Virus record (IMG/VR): IMGVR_UViG_3300017971_000307
Span: 1-61,015 of that record
Source: a virus
Taxonomy: Duplodnaviria; Caudoviricetes
Strand: one strand, 5' to 3'
Length of the DNA: 61,015 nucleotides
Shown here in pieces: positions 58,448 to 61,015 of the stretch. The translations under genes and the position numbers were made by a program. The notes below the pieces were generated by a model. That model was not told where the DNA came from. It made no database searches and saw only the letters and a list, made by a program, of their open reading frames with translations. The stretch's first letter is position 1; every line of letters begins with the position of its first letter.

Positions 58448-60289
58448 ATGAATACATTGATAACAAACAGCGAAGAATTAATAGCTTTGACAAACAAAGT
58501 TTCTAATTTTGATAAAATTGGCATAGATTATCAAACAACCAGTTATTATACAGATAATAGATCTTGTAGTTGTATTGACAAAATGAAATTTGTTGGTTTT
58601 GGTTTAGGATTACCTGATGGTAGTAAATTTTATTGCCCATTAGGTCATAATAAAGGTTATAATATTTATGATTCTGTTGATTTGTTGAAGAAAATTTTCA
58701 ATGATAAGAATAAAATTGTTTGGTCTCATGATGTTAAGTTTAGTTCTATTGTAACAAAAAATATTGGAATTGAGTCGAATGTAACATGGAGGGATTCTAA
58801 AATTGCGTGCTGGTTACTCGGTTATGGTGTTGGTAGGAATTTAAAACTGAGAGAGTTATTAAGATCAATATTCGATATTGGTGTTGTTGAATATAGTGAA
58901 ATTATACCGATGAAACAAAGGGCTCATGAGGTTAATCCTCAAGTTATGGCTAGTTATAGTTCTAATATGGCTTTGTGGAGTTTGATGCTTGGTGAACGTA
59001 TGATTCCTGAGTTGATTAAATTTGAAATAAATAAGGTATTTACTGACATTGAATGTCCGATTGCTTCAGAGGTTTTACCTCATATAAATGAAGTTGGTAT
59101 TGGTATTGATAAAAATCTCTTAGTAAAATTGAGAGAATATTTAATTAATGAAAATAACAGGATAACAGAAGTTTTTGAATCGATTGTGGGGGTTGATATA
59201 TCGTGCAATCAGTCTGTTAGTAGTAAATTGATTGATGAATTGAAGTGGTGGAAATTACCATCGAATATTAGGCGTGGTAGAAGTGGTTATTACAGTATTA
59301 ACCGTGATAATCGTAAATTGATATCAAGGGAATTGGACAAAAAGTCCCTTCCTTATAGGGTAATGCATTATAAAAATACGTTTGAAAAATATAAAAAGAT
59401 AATAAATACCTTTACAACAGGTTTGGTGAAAAAGGCAGAATTTAACGATGATGGTAGGATTAGAGCAGATTGTAGTCAGACTGATGTGGTTACTGGTAGG
59501 CTGGCATTTTCAAATCCAGCATTACAACAGATTCCTATTCGTTCAAAAGTAGGAAGTAAAATAAGAAAAGCTTTTATTCCTGATGAAGGATGGACTTTTT
59601 TTGATGCCGATTATTCTTGTGCTGATTTAAGGATGATTGCTTATCTTTCAAAAGATCCTGCTATGATTGATGTTTTATCTTATGTTGATAATGATTTACA
59701 TTTAAAGACATCACAGGAGTGTGATTGTTCTAGGGATGAAGGGAAAAAAGCTAATTTAAGTTTAATCTATGAAGCAACACCCAAAACTCTTTCAAGATTA
59801 TTGAATATTCCCATTGGAAGAAGTTGTGATATTTATGGTAAATGGCATAAAACTTATCCAGGTGTAAAGGAATATCATAAAAGGGTTCATAAATTTGCTA
59901 AAGAATATGGTTATATAAGAACCATAACAGGAAGAATTATATATATAAATGGTTTTGATTCATCAAATATTCAGGAACGGTTAAAAGCTGAAAGATGTGC
60001 ATCGAATTATCCTGGTCAAGGAAGTGTTGCTGATGTCATGAAAATAGCAATGCGAAATTTGATCAGAGATTGGAAAGATCGTGGTGTCCTTTATGATTAT
60101 TATAAAAAGACTGGTAAAGCGAAACTCAATTTAAATGTGCATGATGAGTTACTGGTTGAGCTCCGCAATGATTTTATAGATGAGGGATCCAATGATGTCG
60201 TTAGGCATATGAGTGATGCATTGAATCTTTGTGTACCGTTAGAGGTTAGTGGTGGTTTTGGTAAAAATTGGCTTGAGGCCCATTCATGA
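58448..60289 (+). CDS. polA: family A DNA polymerase with degenerate 3'-5' exonuclease motifs
   Basis: TGRL...PALQQIP; motif A DYSCADLR; motif B R...K..NLSLIY; motif C VHDEL. Confidence 0.9.
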   Translation: MNTLITNSEELIALTNKVSNFDKIGIDYQTTSYYTDNRSCSCIDKMKFVGFGLGLPDGSKFYCPLGHNKGYNIYDSVDLLKKIFNDKNKIVWSHDVKFSSIVTKNIGIESNVTWRDSKIACWLLGYGVGRNLKLRELLRSIFDIGVVEYSEIIPMKQRAHEVNPQVMASYSSNMALWSLMLGERMIPELIKFEINKVFTDIECPIASEVLPHINEVGIGIDKNLLVKLREYLINENNRITEVFESIVGVDISCNQSVSSKLIDELKWWKLPSNIRRGRSGYYSINRDNRKLISRELDKKSLPYRVMHYKNTFEKYKKIINTFTTGLVKKAEFNDDGRIRADCSQTDVVTGRLAFSNPALQQIPIRSKVGSKIRKAFIPDEGWTFFDADYSCADLRMIAYLSKDPAMIDVLSYVDNDLHLKTSQECDCSRDEGKKANLSLIYEATPKTLSRLLNIPIGRSCDIYGKWHKTYPGVKEYHKRVHKFAKEYGYIRTITGRIIYINGFDSSNIQERLKAERCASNYPGQGSVADVMKIAMRNLIRDWKDRGVLYDYYKKTGKAKLNLNVHDELLVELRNDFIDEGSNDVVRHMSDALNLCVPLEVSGGFGKNWLEAHS

Positions 60290-60504
60290 TAAAGGAGGTA
60301 ATGATGGATTGTCAAAAATGTCCTTGGGTTCGTAGGGATCCAAACCAATTAGGTAACAGAATGAAAAATCAGGATAACAAAATTCAAGAATTAGAAAATA
60401 GATTACATAAAATGGAGCGATTTTTATGTAATTCAAATGTAAAAGAATCAAAAGAGGATAATTCTGTAGAAGATGAATTTAATGATGATGATATTCCTTT
60501 TTAG
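60286..60504 (+). CDS. small CxxC/coiled-coil protein with SSB-like DDDIPF tail
   Basis: AGGAGG SD; ends DEFNDDDIPF. Confidence 0.7.
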   Translation: MIKEVMMDCQKCPWVRRDPNQLGNRMKNQDNKIQELENRLHKMERFLCNSNVKESKEDNSVEDEFNDDDIPF

Positions 60505-60570
60505 TATTTATTATATTTTGTGTTCAAAATGTGATTTATTATTTGGGTTATATTATTAGGGTGAAAAAAA

Positions 60571-61015
60571 ATGAATAGGAAAGAATATCACGCAGATTAT
60601 TGGAAAAAACACGGGAAAGAAATAACAGAAAAACGTAAAGAGAGATACCGCAAAGATCCGGAGTATCGCGAAAAAGCAAAGCAACGATCAAGAGAATTTA
60701 GAAATAAGATTGCTAAGAATAATTCTAAGAGTAAGATAGAAAAAATCAAAAAGGATTATATAATTTTTGATGTTATTTTATCGAATAATGAATCAAGGCA
60801 AATTAAATGTTATCGGTTGAATTATATCGCTAAAATTCTCGAAAGATTGCCCAGGACTATATTAAGATGGGAGGAGAATAAAAAATGCTCTTTTCCTCGA
60901 GCGATGTATGGAAATAAAAGGCATCCTAGATTGTATACACAATTACAAGTTAATGAATTGGAAAGAATCTATGAAGAAACAAAATGTTTATATGGTTCTT
61001 TGATTGTTAAAAATC
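60571..61015 (+). CDS. MerR-like HTH DNA-binding protein (runs off window end)
   Basis: Open frame from ATG 60571: IAKILERLPRTILRWE....FP......RLYT. Confidence 0.7.
   Translation, partial: MNRKEYHADYWKKHGKEITEKRKERYRKDPEYREKAKQRSREFRNKIAKNNSKSKIEKIKKDYIIFDVILSNNESRQIKCYRLNYIAKILERLPRTILRWEENKKCSFPRAMYGNKRHPRLYTQLQVNELERIYEETKCLYGSLIVKN

Noticed and set aside
5124-60289. Z-genome (2-aminoadenine) system suggested by MazG-like, HD-like and odd PolA genes
   Set aside because: No PurZ in the window, genes are not clustered, and adenine-type methylases argue for normal adenine

Overview
AT-rich fragment of a tailed dsDNA phage genome with a contractile (myovirus-type) tail. No host genes, rRNA, tRNA, CRISPR array or integrase were recognised. 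Left to right: (1) small early-type genes in promoter-gene-terminator cassettes and a 1.3 kb non-coding, strand-skewed region; (2) a Dam-like methylase; (3) a leftward block of about 20 small accessory genes (MazG-like, NDT-like, receptor-L-like, a pseudogene, twin MYWHYQAWL microproteins); (4) a virion module with terminase, methylase, portal, scaffold, N4-gp56-type capsid, sheath, tube, a chaperone with a programmed -1 frameshift, tape measure, eCIS-like baseplate and several fibre/spike genes; (5) a regulatory island at 45.8-47.4 kb, between two paralogous virion genes, with several promoter-to-hairpin non-coding mini-units and a GC-rich multi-hairpin RNA candidate; (6) lysis-like membrane genes; (7) a replication module with DnaC-like loader, DnaB, intein-split ThyX, primase, SSB, a family A polymerase with degenerate proofreading motifs and a microprotein with an SSB-like DDDIPF tail. 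The best candidate for an undescribed system is the dispersed small-RNA network, including a minus-strand hairpin RNA at 32.8 kb whose loop is complementary to the 46.0 kb leader. All protein calls come from motif recognition and gene order only; no database searches were run.
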